Source: Eledone cirrhosa
Taxonomy: Eukaryota
Length of the DNA stretch: 64,000 nt
Direction of reading: 5' to 3'
Assembly: GCA_964016885.1 (NCBI GenBank)
Contig: OZ024740.1
Location: 294,438,001-294,502,000 of the forward strand
Below, one piece after another: positions 14,352 through 30,564 of this stretch. Under the pieces are notes generated by a model. That model did not search any database. It saw only the letters and a program-made list of their open reading frames with translations, and was not told where the DNA came from. The number at the start of each line of letters is the position of its first letter. The stretch's first letter is position 1. The position numbers and the translations under genes are program-made.

Positions 14352-16638
14352 CATCATCATCATCATCATCATCACCGTTTTACGTCCGTTCTTCCACACT
14401 AGCATGGGTTAGACGGGTTGTCCTGTTGTGGGCAGTGTCTGGTCGGCTGACCATGCCTTGCTCATACAGGAACTGATTTGGCTTGATTTCTACAGCTGGA
14501 TGCCCTTCCTAACACCAACCTCATTTACAGTGAGTGCTGGGTGCTTTTTTGCCGTGGCACCTCCACGACCACCTTGCGGTGGGGGGTGTGGGGGCATATT
14601 GCCTATATGCTTCAGCTTGTACCCATGGGAGGTCGGGTACTCTGTATTACTGCGTGACGCCAGAAGTCACGGTCGTATGTCATTGCCTTTGAGAGGTGTA
14701 ATTGGGTAAGGTCGGCTTTTATCACCTCATCCCAGGTCATCTTGGGTCTCCCCACTCCGCGGTTTCCATCAACTTCTAGTGCTCTGCACCTTTTTATTAA
14801 GCTGTCATCCTTCGTACGCATCACATTTCCATACCAGCACAACCGCCTCTCCTGCACACAGCATTTGATTCCTCTTATGCTCAGTCTCTCTCTCAATTCA
14901 TTTATGCTTTGTCGTTCAAGTATATTACTGTTACACATCCATCGGAGCATGCAGGCTTCGTTTCTCTCTAATCTACGTAAGTCTTCCACCTTCAGCGCCC
15001 ATGTCTCACTACCATGCAACATTGCTGTTCGGATACACGCATCATACAGTCTGCCTTTCATTCTGAGGGAAAAGCCTTTTGCAGCTAGCAGTGGTAGTAG
15101 TTCCCTAAACTTCTTCCATCCCGTTCTTACCCTAGTTATTGTACTTTCTGAACACCCACCTCCGCTGCTAATTCGGTCACCTAGGTAGCAGAAGCTGTCT
15201 ACTGTTTCTACAGAGCCCTCCAAGGGATTGGTGGTACTTGTTTCCTGTGGCTGTTTGCTGCTTGCTGTCATGTGAAGCCTACATTCTTAATTAAGCTTCC
15301 TGAGATCCCGCTACATCTCTTGTGTACCCATTGTTTGCATTTGGGGCAGAGAATGGAGTTCCTACCTACATCTTTCCTACATACTGAGCAAGGCCATTTC
15401 CCTGAGGGGATCTGGGTTCTGTTTTCTCGTCTACTTACAAGGACCTTAGTCTTTGTCATGTTGACTTTGAGACCCTTTCTTTCTAGTCCCTGCTTCCAAG
15501 TTTGGAATTTATTCTCTAGTTCTACCATAGATTCAGCTATGCGTGCGAGGTCATCAGCATACAGGAGTTCCCATGGGCATCCGGTCTTAAACTCCTCCGT
15601 TATTGCCTGCAGGACTATGATGAACAGGAGGGGGCTAAGAACAGAGCCCTGGTGGACCCCAACCTGTACGCTAAATTCCTCGCTATACTCATTGCTAACT
15701 GCCCCCCTATACATGGCTTGTACCGCTTTCACAAGCCATTCATCTACTCCTAGTTTTCTAAGAGCCCACCAGATTACAGCACGTGGAACTCTGTCAAAGG
15801 TTTTCTCAAGGTCGACAAATGCCAAGTAGAGTGGCTTACTTTTAGCTAGGTACTTTTCCTGTAATTGCCTCACAAGGAAGAGGGCATCAGTGGTGCCTCT
15901 TCCTGGTACAAACCCAAATTGCATCTCGTCTATTTTCACCCGGTCCCTAATCAACTGTGCTAGAACTCTTTCTGTTACTTTCATGACCTGGTCCATCAAC
16001 TTTATACCTCTATAGTTTCCTCTATCTAGTGCATCACCTTTACCTTTGTAGCAGTTGACAATGATGCTACTGCACCAATCTTTTGGTATGACATCTTCTA
16101 GTATTACCTGGTTAACAATACGTGTGGTTATAGTGTGACCTACAGACCCAGATGCCTTCAGCATCTCGGCAGCTATACCCGATGGACCGGTTGCCTTCCC
16201 CATCTTCATATCTTTGATTGCCTTACTTACTACGCTGCTGCTGACTTGTACTGCTGGCCCCTCTATAGGGTCTACTTGGGGTAGGGTCTCTTCTTCCCAT
16301 GCATTCTCCTCATTTAGTAATCTATCATAATGACTCTTCCATGCATCTTTCTTCTCAGCACTTGTGAGGGTAAGCTCACCTTTATCATTCCGGATACAGT
16401 TCTCTCCAATGACATCACAACTATCTCTGACACACTGCCTCGCAATCTTGAATACCTCCTGTTTCTGGTCCTCACGTTGCAAAACATGCTTGAATTTTCT
16501 ATCCTCTGCTTCCCTCCTAGCTAAGTATACTTGTCGCCTAGCTTCCCTCTTGGTCTCTATGTAATGTACCCTGCTCCCCCCGTTCTTCCATTCTTTCCAT
16601 GGCGGTCTCTTGGCCTTAACTGCTCCATCTGCCATATT
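14352..16638 (-). mobile_element. RTE-clade LINE, 5'-truncated; RT ORF broken by a frameshift near 15270
   Basis: ORFs 15268..16686 and 14612..15271 contain NYRGIKL, QFGF, FVDLEKTFD, GVHQGSVLSPLLF, LLYADD, a C-x2-C...H-x2-C zinc knuckle and an RTE C-terminus; no endonuclease domain; (CAT)n tail. Confidence 0.95.
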
Positions 16639-17183
16639 GGTATCAAATGCTGTGTGCAGGAGAGGCGGTTGCGCTGGTATGGACATGTGATGCGTATGAA
16701 GGATGACAGCTGCATAAAAAGGTGCAGAGCACTAGAAGTTGATGGAAACCGCGGAGTGGGGAGACCCAAGATGACATGGGATGAGGTGATAAAAGCCGAC
16801 CTTACCCAATTACACCTCTCAAAGGCAATGACACACGACCGTGACGTCTGGCGTCACGCAGTAATACAGAGTACCCGACCTCCCATGGGTACAAGCTGAA
16901 GCATATAGACAATAAGCCCCCACCGCAAGGTGGCCATGGAGGTGCCACGGCAAAAAAGCACCCAGCCCACACTGTAAAGTGGACGTGTAGGCGCCACGAA
17001 AAAGCACCCAGCACTCACTGTAGATGAGGTTGGTGTTAGGAAGGGCATCCAGCTGTAGAAATCAAGCCAAATCAGTTCCTGTATGAGCAAGGCATAGTCA
17101 GCCGACCAGACACTGCCCACAACAGGACAACCTGTCTAACCCATGTAAGCGTGGAAGAACGGACGTAAAACGGTGATGATGAT
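16639..17183 (+). mobile_element. RTE LINE 3' end fused head-to-head to the previous copy
   Basis: GIKCCVQERRLRWYGHVMR...RPPMGTS*, 3'UTR and (GAT)n tail; inverted relative to 14352-14873. Confidence 0.92.
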
Positions 17184-19216
<2,033 letters not shown>

Positions 19217-19786
19217 TGGTGGCTGCCAACTCGTTTTCGAGTACGGCCACTACTTTATATCTATGTAGGAGAACCCCTACCGATGCGCTGAACGAGTGTG
19301 ACTTTTTTATCCAGCCAGCGACTTGAAAACTCTGGTACAAACACTACACTTGTGACGACAAATGCAGAGAGATCTCCAGATATAAAGCCAATGCCTGTGC
19401 CGTGAAGCTTTTATAGTGAGCAAAGGCACTGCACAAAGCCAGTCCCACTCTCTTAACCAAGATGATATTTACCAAAAAGAAGAACAAGTCAACATCATTG
19501 GATACCATCAGAGTTGCAGGTGTTATATCAGAGTTTTCCTTCTCCTAGAATTCTGCCTTGACAAAGGCTAAGGGGTCATCTCTCCCGGTGATTTTGGATG
19601 GCCATTGACTCTTAAGAGCTCCTTTGCCCTTTGACAGGTTTTGTTTTTAGTCCTGCAGGATGTCCAAAGTCACCCTCCTCACCAAGAAACCTTGGTGGGG
19701 TTGCCAGTTTAGTCGCCAACGACCCGACCATGAGACAGGTTGTACTGGGATACATGTTACCAGTAGCACCAACTGGTGACCTGACA
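19217..19786 (-). mobile_element. Probable RTE-type 5'UTR/leader fragment embedded in (TA)n
   Basis: Minus strand has GGCGACTAAACTGGCAACCCC and CTAGGAGAAGGAAAACTC, motifs I recall from RTE 5' UTRs; both flanks are TA tracts; no RT present. Confidence 0.45.
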
Positions 19787-19837
19787 TATATACATATATA
19801 TATACACACATATATACATATATATACACACACACAT

Positions 19838-19886
<49 letters not shown>

Positions 19887-19995
19887 TATATACATACATA
19901 TATATATACATATATATATACATATATATATACATACATACATACATATATATATACATATATATATACATACATATATACATACATGTATATAT
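19787..19995. repeat. (TA)/(CA) microsatellite
   Basis: Direct inspection. Confidence 0.97.
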
Positions 19996-22222
19996 CATCA
20001 TCAACGTTTAACGTCCGTGTTCCACGCTTGCATGGGTTTGGACGGGGGTTTTCCCACTTGAGGCAAGAGTGATTGTCTTGCTCGCATAGGACTGTCTGGC
20101 AGGTTTTCTACAGTTGGATACCCTTCCTAACACCAACCACATTTACAGTGTGGGTCTGGGAGGTTTTTACCGTGTTGCCTACCCGGCCACATTACAGCGT
20201 GGACTGTGTTTTTTTGTCGTGACACCTACACGATCTCATTTGTTTCGGCCTGGATGGTGTGGCACCAACATAACTTTACATTGAAAGGGGCGGTGTGGAT
20301 GGGGTGGGGGTGGTGGGACGGGGGTGTATTTTGTGAGAGATGCCTACTGACTGTAGTAGGTTTTACTATGTATTTAGGTAAGGCGGGTCTTCTCTATTAC
20401 TGAGTACCGCCAAAGGTCTCGGTCCAGTGACATTGTCTTGGAGAGGTGTAAGTGTGTGAGGTCGGAATTTATCAGCTCGTCCCAGGTTTTTCTGGGTCTG
20501 CCTATTCCGTGGCTACCGTCTATCTTTATTGCCCTGCACTTTGTTATACAGCTATCGTCCTTCATGCGCATCACGTGTCCATACCAACGTAGCCTTCTCT
20601 CGAGTAAACAACATCTGATCGCTCTTATTTCTAATTTTTTCCTTAGTTCGTTTATGCTTTGCCGTTCACGTATATTACTATTACACATCCAGCGGAGCAT
20701 GCAAGCTTCGTTCCTCTCTAGTCTGCGTATATCCTCTGCACACAATGCCCAGGTCTCACTGCCATGCAAAATTGCTGTTCGTATGCAGGCATCATACAAC
20801 CTGCCTTTCATTTTTAGGGAGAACCCTTTAGCGGCTAATAGTGGTATAAGCTCTCTGAACTTTTTCCATCCAGTTCTGACTCTAGCTACTGTACTTTCAG
20901 AGCACCCTCCCCCACTGCTGATTTTGTCACCCAGGTAACGGAAGCTGTCCACTATTTCTATAGAGCCCCCTTTGCAGTTGAAAGAGCTAGTATTTTGTGG
21001 GCACTTGCTGCTACTTATTGCACCAGAGCACCGGCCACATGTGAAATCTATGTTCTTAGTTAGCTTACCTGTGATCCCACTACATCTTTTATGCACCCAT
21101 ACTTTGCATTTCGGACACAAAATGGAGTTTCTACCTACGCCTTTCCTACACACTGAGCATGGCCATTTCCCAGATGGGACTAGTGCCCTATTTTCCTTCC
21201 TACAAACTAGATCTTTAGTCTTAGACAGGTTAATTTTAAGGCCTTTTGATTCTAGGCCATACTTCCATGTTTGGAATTTCTTCTCTAGTTCAGCCATTGA
21301 TTCAGCTATGAGCGTTAGATCATCTGCGTATAGAAGTTCCCATGGGCAGCCGGTCTTGAACTCTTCCGTTATAGCCTGAAGGGCAATAATAAATAGTAGG
21401 GGGCTAAGGACGGAGCCCTGATGAACACCAACTTTTATGCTAAACTCTTCACTATATTCGTTGTTAATTCTAACCTTACTGACTGTTTCTTTATACATGG
21501 CTTGTATAGCTCTCACAAGCCATTCATCAACACCTAGTTTTCTAAGGGCCCACCAGATAATCGAGCGGGGTACTCTCTCAAAGGCTTTCTCCAAGTCAAC
21601 AAAAGCTAAGTATAGGGGTTTACTTTTAGCTAGGTACTTCTTCTGTAGTTGTCGTACAATGGAAAGAGAGTCTGTGGTACTTTTACCTGACACAAACCCG
21701 AACTGCATTTTGTCTAGATCGATTCGCTCTCTGATTAGTTGCGCTATTACTTTTTCTGTGATCTTATGACCTGGTCAATTAATTTAATGCCTCTATAATT
21801 TCCCCTATCTAGGGCATCTCCTTTACCCTTGTAGCAGTTAATGATGATGCTGTTGCGCCAGTCCTTCGGAACAACCCCATTCTGTATGACTTGGTTTACT
21901 ATCCGGGTGACCATAGTGTGTCCCACCATTCCAGATGCTTTCAGCATTTCAGCAACTATTTCCGAAGGCGCAGCCGCCTTGCCCGTCTTCATGTCTTTGA
22001 TCACCTTACTTATTATACTACCTTTAACTTGCACCGCTGGTCCTTCTATTGGATCGATTTGGGGGAGACTGTCTTTCTCCCAATTATTTTCCTCATTTAG
22101 TAGCCTTTCGTAGTGACACTTCCAAGCTACCTTCTTATCAGCGTCAGTGATGGCAAGTACACCATCAACATTAAGGACACACTTCTCCCCGACAATATCA
22201 CGGTTTTCCTTGACACATTGCC
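19996..22222 (-). mobile_element. RTE-clade LINE (second subfamily), 5'-truncated
   Basis: ORF 20374..21708 (444 aa; FVDLEKAFE, GVHQGSVLSPLLF, YADD) plus a frameshifted upstream part to 22222; (CAT)n tail; same subfamily as 55933-58050. Confidence 0.95.
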
Positions 22223-22317
22223 TATATATATATACATACATACATATATACATACATACATACATATATACATACATATACATACATATATATACATATA
22301 TATATATATATACATAC

Positions 22318-22372
<55 letters not shown>

Positions 22373-22377
22373 CATAC

Positions 22378-22442
<65 letters not shown>

Positions 22443-22537
22443 CATACATATATATATACATACATATATATATATATATACATATATATATACATATATA
22501 TATATATACATACATATATATATACATACATATATAT
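22223..22537. repeat. (TA)/(TACA) microsatellite
   Basis: Direct inspection. Confidence 0.97.
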
Positions 22538-22880
22538 GGAGGCACATGGCTTAGTGGTTAGAGCATTGGCCTTGCAATCGAAAGGTTGTGAGTTCAATTC
22601 TCAGACCGGGTGATGTGTTGTTTCCTTGAGCAAAACACTTTATTTCACATTGCTCCAGTTTACTCAGCTGTAGAAATGAGATGATAGGGACTGGGGTCCC
22701 TATCATTCCACTGCAAAGTGGTCGTGGAGGTGCCACGGCAAAAAAGCAGCCAGCACTCACTGTAAATGAGGTTGGTGTTAAGAAGGGCATCCAGCTGTAG
22801 AAATCAAGCCAGCATCAGTTCCCGTCCCACCCTTGCAAGCAGGGAAAAGCGGACGTAAAATGAAATGATGATGAATGATG

Positions 22881-22881
<1 letters not shown>
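22538..22881 (+). mobile_element. SINE family A, full length
   Basis: Same sequence as 4384-4717. Confidence 0.92.
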
Positions 22882-24430
<1,549 letters not shown>

Positions 24431-24608
24431 CATGTGAGGACTCGATACTTGGTGAGATTTAGAAGTGATATATAGATGTGTAAAATTCCAACAGTGACAC
24501 CAAACGGTTTCGGCTTGTGTATTAAGCAAATACTGCGCCCTTGATAAATCTTGCATATCACACCAGCTGAAACCACTTGGCATCACAGTCGGGATTTTAC
24601 ACATCTAT
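24431..24608. mobile_element. Fold-back mini-element with decayed hammerhead remnants
   Basis: 44-bp inverted arms 24472-24515/24565-24608 (36/44 identical), each with GAAACC...TTGG; plus strand tTGATaA...GAAA-CCAC-TT-GGCATC; GTATCGAGTCCT motif on the minus strand. Confidence 0.55.
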
Positions 24609-24628
24609 CTATCTATCTATCTATATTC

Positions 24629-25220
24629 AGCCTGTAGGTTGAGGAAAAGGAGGAGGAGAGGAAAGGAGTACAAGCTCTTCGTACTCCTGGAGATGAGGGT
24701 TGCACATTTTTTTTCGGGGGTATGTGTTACCCATATAAACTGTCTCCCTCTATTGGGGAAAATCGACTAACTTTTAAATTCCATCTGTGATAACATTTTA
24801 TACGTTTTTATTGTATGTAAACTTCCCCCTTTGTATTTGTCCCCTTCCTTTGTGCCCCTGTGGCTAATAAAGAAATATATCTATATTTGAAGGAGAATCA
24901 GAGTGGAGAGAGAGGCACTGCACCCCAGTAAATTTACTGAAAGGTGGGTGAATGAAGCGAAAATGGCCCGAGTGATTGGGCCTTCTCTGTTTATAAGCCT
25001 GTAGGTTGAAGAAGAGAGCACTTGCACAACATGCTCCTGGAGTTGAGGGTTGTTCTATCGACGGGGTATTAAACAACCCATTTGTGGCGCCTCCCCCCTA
25101 TTGGGGATTTTGATTATTGTAATTGTTTGTTTTTATATTTTTTACACGACTATGTAAAATCCCCGGCATGTATTTGTATTGTCCCCTTTTCTTGTGCGCC
25201 CTTGTGGCTAATAAAGAAAT
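24629..25220 (+). mobile_element. Two tandem 3' ends of a Tx1/L1-like LINE
   Basis: 24629-24876 and 24887-25220 share AGCCTGTAGGTTGA...CTCCTGGAG.TGAGGGTTG and TGTGGCTAATAAAGAAAT. The second encodes RIRVEREALHPSKFTERWVNEAKMARVIGPSLFISL*. Both are followed by ATATCTAT. Confidence 0.65.
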
Positions 25221-25872
25221 ATATCTATTTATATTTGTTACATAGCTCTGATATTGAGTCAATTTAATCATTTCGATTATCTTGTCTCTCATAATCATGG
25301 AGCAACACTAGTTAAGGTCGACAACACACAAACTCACATACTTGTGAAAAAAATATATGTGTATTTATACGTGTATGTATGCACATATATGTGCGTACCT
25401 CTCATTATATATATACACTACACACACACCATCATCAACACAATTTTTTTACGTCCTTTTAAAAAAGATGCTGATGTTGATGGTGTGTGTGGGCGTGGGC
25501 ATATGTATATATGTACACATATGTATATATGCACATCTGTTTAATTGAAAGACAAATGTACATCTGTCTAATTTATATGAAGCAAGCACATAATTATCTT
25601 ATAGTCCTTTTTAGTCTAAATAAGTATAAACCAGTGTATAGGAAGTTGTCAACAAAAACTTCTAATCTTCTCCATAGATTAATATCTTCTTTTATAGAAT
25701 GATTTCTTGGAGGATTTGTATGTCATAATCTTTTTATTCTATATAGAAATAAATGAAGAATCTAACAAAACTAATGACTTACAGAGGAAGTGTAGAAACT
25801 GCCCAAGTCCCACCACTAGAAACATCACATCTGGTCTACATCTATATGAAAGCAACTGACAGATGTTGAATT

Positions 25873-26107
25873 ATTAACCCCTCCATTACTGTATTTTTAA
25901 TGAAAGACATGGTTTCAATTAATTTTGAAAATAATCAACAATTTGGGGGGAGTTAGTAATATAACTAACTTTTTCATAATTAAGCCTGTGTTTGGAGCAT
26001 TACTTGACAAAAAGTTCTTTCATAAAATTTTTGAACTCTTTAAAATGGGCAGTTTCAAGTCACAGAGCCAGTGGCAGTTTCAGGGGTTAGCTATCAAAAG
26101 AGTTAAT
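25873..26107 (-). mobile_element. Second TTAA MITE family copy
   Basis: TTAACCCCTCCATTAC...CTATCAAAAGAGTTAA. Confidence 0.55.
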
Positions 26108-26247
26108 TAAAAACAATTAAAATTTGAGTTGATAAGGGAACCAACATGTTAGGGATAAGTATCATATCTCTATCAAATCACATACATAACTTACTTTAAC
26201 CCTTAAAGGAAGGGCACACTGGATAATATAAATATAAGGTTATATAT

Positions 26248-26386
26248 ATAGGAACCAGTAAGACCCCGACGGCTTGAGCTCAGCCGTCGGTGTCTTACTA
26301 GTTCCTATTACCCACTCTACTACCCTAAGTATTGAGTACTTTGGTGCGTTATGGTCCACCTGGTTCCTTACCACATTTCCTTCGTT
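26248..26386 (+). mobile_element. Fold-back mini-element in (TA)n, Penelope-pLTR-like end
   Basis: 27-bp arms 26248-26274/26282-26308 (2 mismatches), GTATTGAGTACT at 26329-26340, and flanking 10-bp direct repeat ATATAAGGTT (26232-26241, 26401-26410). Confidence 0.6.
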
Positions 26387-26664
26387 ATATATATATATAT
26401 ATATAAGGTTTTAAAATATAATTATGATGGAAGTTTTTTTTTTTTTAAAGATAAATATAAAGACTTTAAAGCAAACAGGTTTGTATGATAGAACTAGGAG
26501 TAGTTTCAGGCAGTTTGGTAGATGATTAGAACAAGGGGTGGTTTGGTATCAAAAACGTTAATTAGAAGCAATTCATCTCCTTCCTTCTACTGAATAACAG
26601 ATTCAATTCTTTAGTTACAAAAATTATTTACTGTAAAAATTAACTCAGTCTGAATACTCTACTT

Positions 26665-27045
26665 CAATAAAACTGAAGGGAAAGGTGTATGCTACGTGTG
26701 AAAAATGTGATATATGGGAGCGACACATGGGTGATGAACATAGAACAATAGATAAGGCTGGAAAGAACAAAAATGAGAATAGTCCCATGGATGAGTGAAC
26801 TATTGCTGATGGGAATAGAACCAATGATAAATATTATTCATATGTTGTGGAAGGATGAAAGTCACTGGGTAAGAGGAGTAATGGAAATAAAAGTACAAGG
26901 CAGTAAAGGAAGGAGAAGACCAAGAAAGACATGCCTAAACATAATGGATGAGAAAATGAAAGCCAAGGAGTTGAAGAGGGATGCAGCTGATAGGGAACAA
27001 ATAAAGAATCTTGTCATGGGGTCCACAGGGTTAACCCCTGCTTTA
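26665..27045 (+). mobile_element. Old RTE-like LINE 3' fragment
   Basis: LKGKVYATCV...YGSDTW...RLERTKMR...VQGSKGRRRPRKTC. Confidence 0.7.
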
Positions 27046-27052
27046 GGTGGCC

Positions 27053-27266
27053 TTAACCCTTTAGCATTTACATTACTCTACATACTATTGTATTTTTGTG
27101 GTAAAGGTTTTATCTTGCATAATACTGAATCTACAAGATTTCCATATTATTTATTTTGAGATCATTAACTTAACATCAGTATGAGTGACCAGTTACAGTT
27201 GGTTTGAACAGAAGGAGGTGATAGAATTCTGGTCGGATATGGCCAGTTTAAATGCTAAAGGGTTAA
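27053..27266 (+). mobile_element. TTAA MITE (piggyBac-like)
   Basis: TTAA-CCCTTTAGCATTTA...TAAATGCTAAAGGG-TTAA. Confidence 0.88.
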
Positions 27267-27740
27267 AACGCCTTTCGTAGTTTGAACACACTATCTGAAA
27301 TGCAAGGAGTCTGAATAATCTTGTAATACAAAAATCAAAGTGTACACAGATTTATATTCCTAATTTATCAAACTTATTATTTCTGATTTAGAAATACTTG
27401 CAGATTTTACTTATTAAACTAACTAGATATTTAATTATTTAAATATGAAATGATAGTGGTAGGAAAAGATGACAATACATTTTTCAAAAATATTTGTTTT
27501 TGTTTTACACAATAATATTAATTATCATCATCACCATCATAATCATTAATCACTTGTATTAATGAGTTTTATTATTAGTCACCAGATTGTTTTGTCCTGT
27601 CTGAATCATATATTTCTTAGCCAAGTCTGTAAACAAGTCAGTGCTAACAAACGTAATCTGTTACTACTAATTTCAGTATTTGTTTACTATTAGATAGCAT
27701 CCCTAGTCAATTTCCTTCTCTTAGTTATTACATAAATAAT

Positions 27741-28117
27741 TACTCTTGGATCTCAAATAATCGCCCCCACCACCACCACCACCACCACCCCACTTATTAA
27801 TTTTACAGATTTTTTCCAACCTTATTAAATTTTACTAAGCTATCTCTAGTGAAGTTTTATCTTAAGTGCTAGCATTCCTGTGACAATTAATTTTCTTTAT
27901 ACATTAAAAAACATTATACATGACAAAAACAGTACATTACTAGAAATTCCATATGTTATAAAATAAATAGGATGGGTTGGAGTCTCAATATGTAAACTAA
28001 ACGACTAATTCTGTTTTAAAAAAAAAAATCAATGGAGACAACCTAGAAAAATTACTGATTTTCCAACAAATTTTCCTGCTTATTCCAACCTCCACTATTA
28101 TTTGGAATTCGAGAGTA
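27741..28117 (+). mobile_element. TA-flanked ~370-bp MITE (Tc1/mariner/pogo-like)
   Basis: Termini TACTCTTGGATCTCAAATAAT / ATTATTTGGAATTCGAGAGTA; homologous to 34591-35335 and 63043-63411. Confidence 0.75.
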
Positions 28118-28277
28118 TACTAACTTCACAAACTTGTTCATCTATATATACTTCCTCTTAATCACATCTCTAGTTACTATTGTCTATTGTCTAGAAGTTT
28201 ACTTAACCAGATCTCTAGTTACTATTGTCTAGTAATACCTAGAAGTTAACCAAATTATTATCACCTGTTCTTACTTC

Positions 28278-28440
28278 ATAGCAGAATTGGTAGAGCATCG
28301 GAAAAAATGCCATTATGGTATTTATTTCAGCTCTTTGCATTTTGAGTTCAAATTCTACCGGTCAACTTTACCGTTCATCCTTCCTGGGTCGATAAAATAA
28401 AGTACCAGTAACATACTGGGGTTGATATAATCAAATTTGC
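28278..28440 (+). mobile_element. SINE family B, decayed
   Basis: tRNA-like head GCAGAATTGGTAGAGC, GAGTTCAAAT B box, GTCGATAAAATAAAGTACCAG. Confidence 0.7.
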
Positions 28441-29329
28441 TGACTTTTTTTTACTGGTGTTAGTTATTAGATTGCAGTCATGCCAAGGCATCACCTTCAG
28501 ATGTTTTAATCAATTATATCAACCCCAGTACATTACTGGTACTCATTGATCCCTATTTCTTCTAGAATGGCTAAAGTGTAAATGTGTCAGTGACACCTCA
28601 TGAAATAGGTAAAAAATGAATATAATTGTTTGTGTTTTTAGATGGCTAAAATGGCTGCCTTCATGATATAACTGCTTTATGTAAAAACATTTTGTGAAAT
28701 TATGTTTCAAACACCAGTTTAATAATGGAGAGGTTAATTAATTGAAACACATGGACAATGTATTTCATTAGAAATAAGGTTATAAAAGAAGTAATATTGT
28801 TTGTCATCAGTTACTATTTATTTTTTCTAATAAGAACATCATTTTGTAGGCCTTTCATTGTCATCATATTCATCATTTTTATGTGTGATTCCTGATGCCA
28901 ACCCTCAATTGTTTGTAAGTAAGGTATGTATATGCACACACCTAACCATTGATCCATAGGATTTTTGTTTATGCAGGATATAAACAAATGTCATTGCCTG
29001 TAGTAATGATGTCAAATGTGAAGCAAAGACACAGTCACACACACTTATAACATATACAATGGGCTTCCTTACAGTTTCTGCCTACCAAATTCACTTCCAA
29101 GGTATTGAGACTGTAAAAGACACTTGCCTAATGTGCCACAGTGGAATAGAACCTGAAACCATGAGGTTGTGATGAGACCTTTTTAACCACATAGTCATGA
29201 CTATGCTTTCCTGAGTACATTTATTTACTTTGATAAACTGCCTGTTTGTTTTAAATTGTTTTATATTTATCTAAAAATCTATTATAATTTTATGTAAGAA
29301 CCTTTGTTAAATTATGTTCTGAAGGATCG

Positions 29330-29530
29330 ATCGACCTTCGTCAAATCGGACTGATGAAACAATGTTTCCATTGGTCTTTCCAGTTGCTAATACTATCTAT
29401 CGGTCGCAACTCCAGGAAGAAGGAGCAACGTGAAATAAAGTGTCTTGCTCACATCGCCCAGTCCAGGAATCGAACTCACAACCTCAAGATTGTGAATCCA
29501 ATTCTCTAACCACTCAGCCACACGCCTTTA
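29330..29530 (-). mobile_element. tRNA-derived SINE fragment
   Basis: GGAATCGAACTCACAACC...CTAACCACTCAGCCACACGCC (reverse tRNA head); its 3' part resembles the reverse complement of 5100-5175. Confidence 0.65.
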
Positions 29531-30011
29531 CATGTTCTGAACACCAGCTTAATAATGAGAAAGTTATTTATATTACTAAACCCCTCCAAATTCTTGATTA
29601 TTTTCAAAACTATATACAGTGTGTTTTATTAGAAATATGATTAAACAATTATGACTTTGGCTACATTTCTGGATGTATACCATATATACATATACATCTA
29701 TGTGAGTGTGTGTATACACTAGTCTATATATATTTGTTTATAATATCTTATACTCCCAGTCTAGAGAAATGTCCCTCTTTTACACAAACATCCTTGGAAT
29801 TCAGTCCAACATTGATCTTGCCCACCACTTCAGTTAACACACAAACCACATATATCTCTCTCTGAGACACAAATCTCTCATCCTTCTATATCTCTAATTC
29901 ATCTCTGCTGTCTAAGGCTACACTCTGTTGCTTTCCAAGTAGATATAAATTCACACACACACACACATATATATATATGGAAAAGCAGACGTAGAGATGA
30001 TGATGATGATA

Positions 30012-30052
<41 letters not shown>

Positions 30053-30564
30053 CACACACACACACACATATATATATATACACTCACACAATCTTACAGG
30101 CACGAGACTTCCTTCCAAAAGATAGTATTATCAGAGAAACATCATCAAACTGCACACTCTAGCAAACACCAGAATATACACCATTAAATGTTTTCCAAAA
30201 TCGTTGCAGACATTCAGCTATGAACTTCAGCAAAGATTCAGACAATTTGTTATTCCATCCCACCCCACCATAATTTCTGTCATGTCATGTATTGCTGGCA
30301 ATAATAAGAATAGTTAAAAAGCATAGCAATAGAAGGATGGATGGCCATGAGACTTCAAACAGGATATTGCAGACAGCAGTAGTGGGGGAAGGAGAAAAAA
30401 AGGGAACTTGTAGTTAGAATAAGTTAACATCTGCTAGGTTGCTTAACTCTTAAACATCCTGTAGTGATTTAGCAGAAAATGTTAAAAAATGGGTTTGTTC
30501 ATTCAAATGTTTATCATATCTTTACTAGTGGACTGAACATTTTTGTGAAAATTTGCAGTATTTT

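Noticed and set aside
14742-15829. Antisense ORFs over RTE copies (also 20438-21769)
   Set aside because: Shadow ORFs of the RT reading frame with no independent features.
16639-16686. N-terminus MSIPAQPPLLHTAFDT of ORF 15268..16686
   Set aside because: Read-through into the inverted RTE arm; not a real start.
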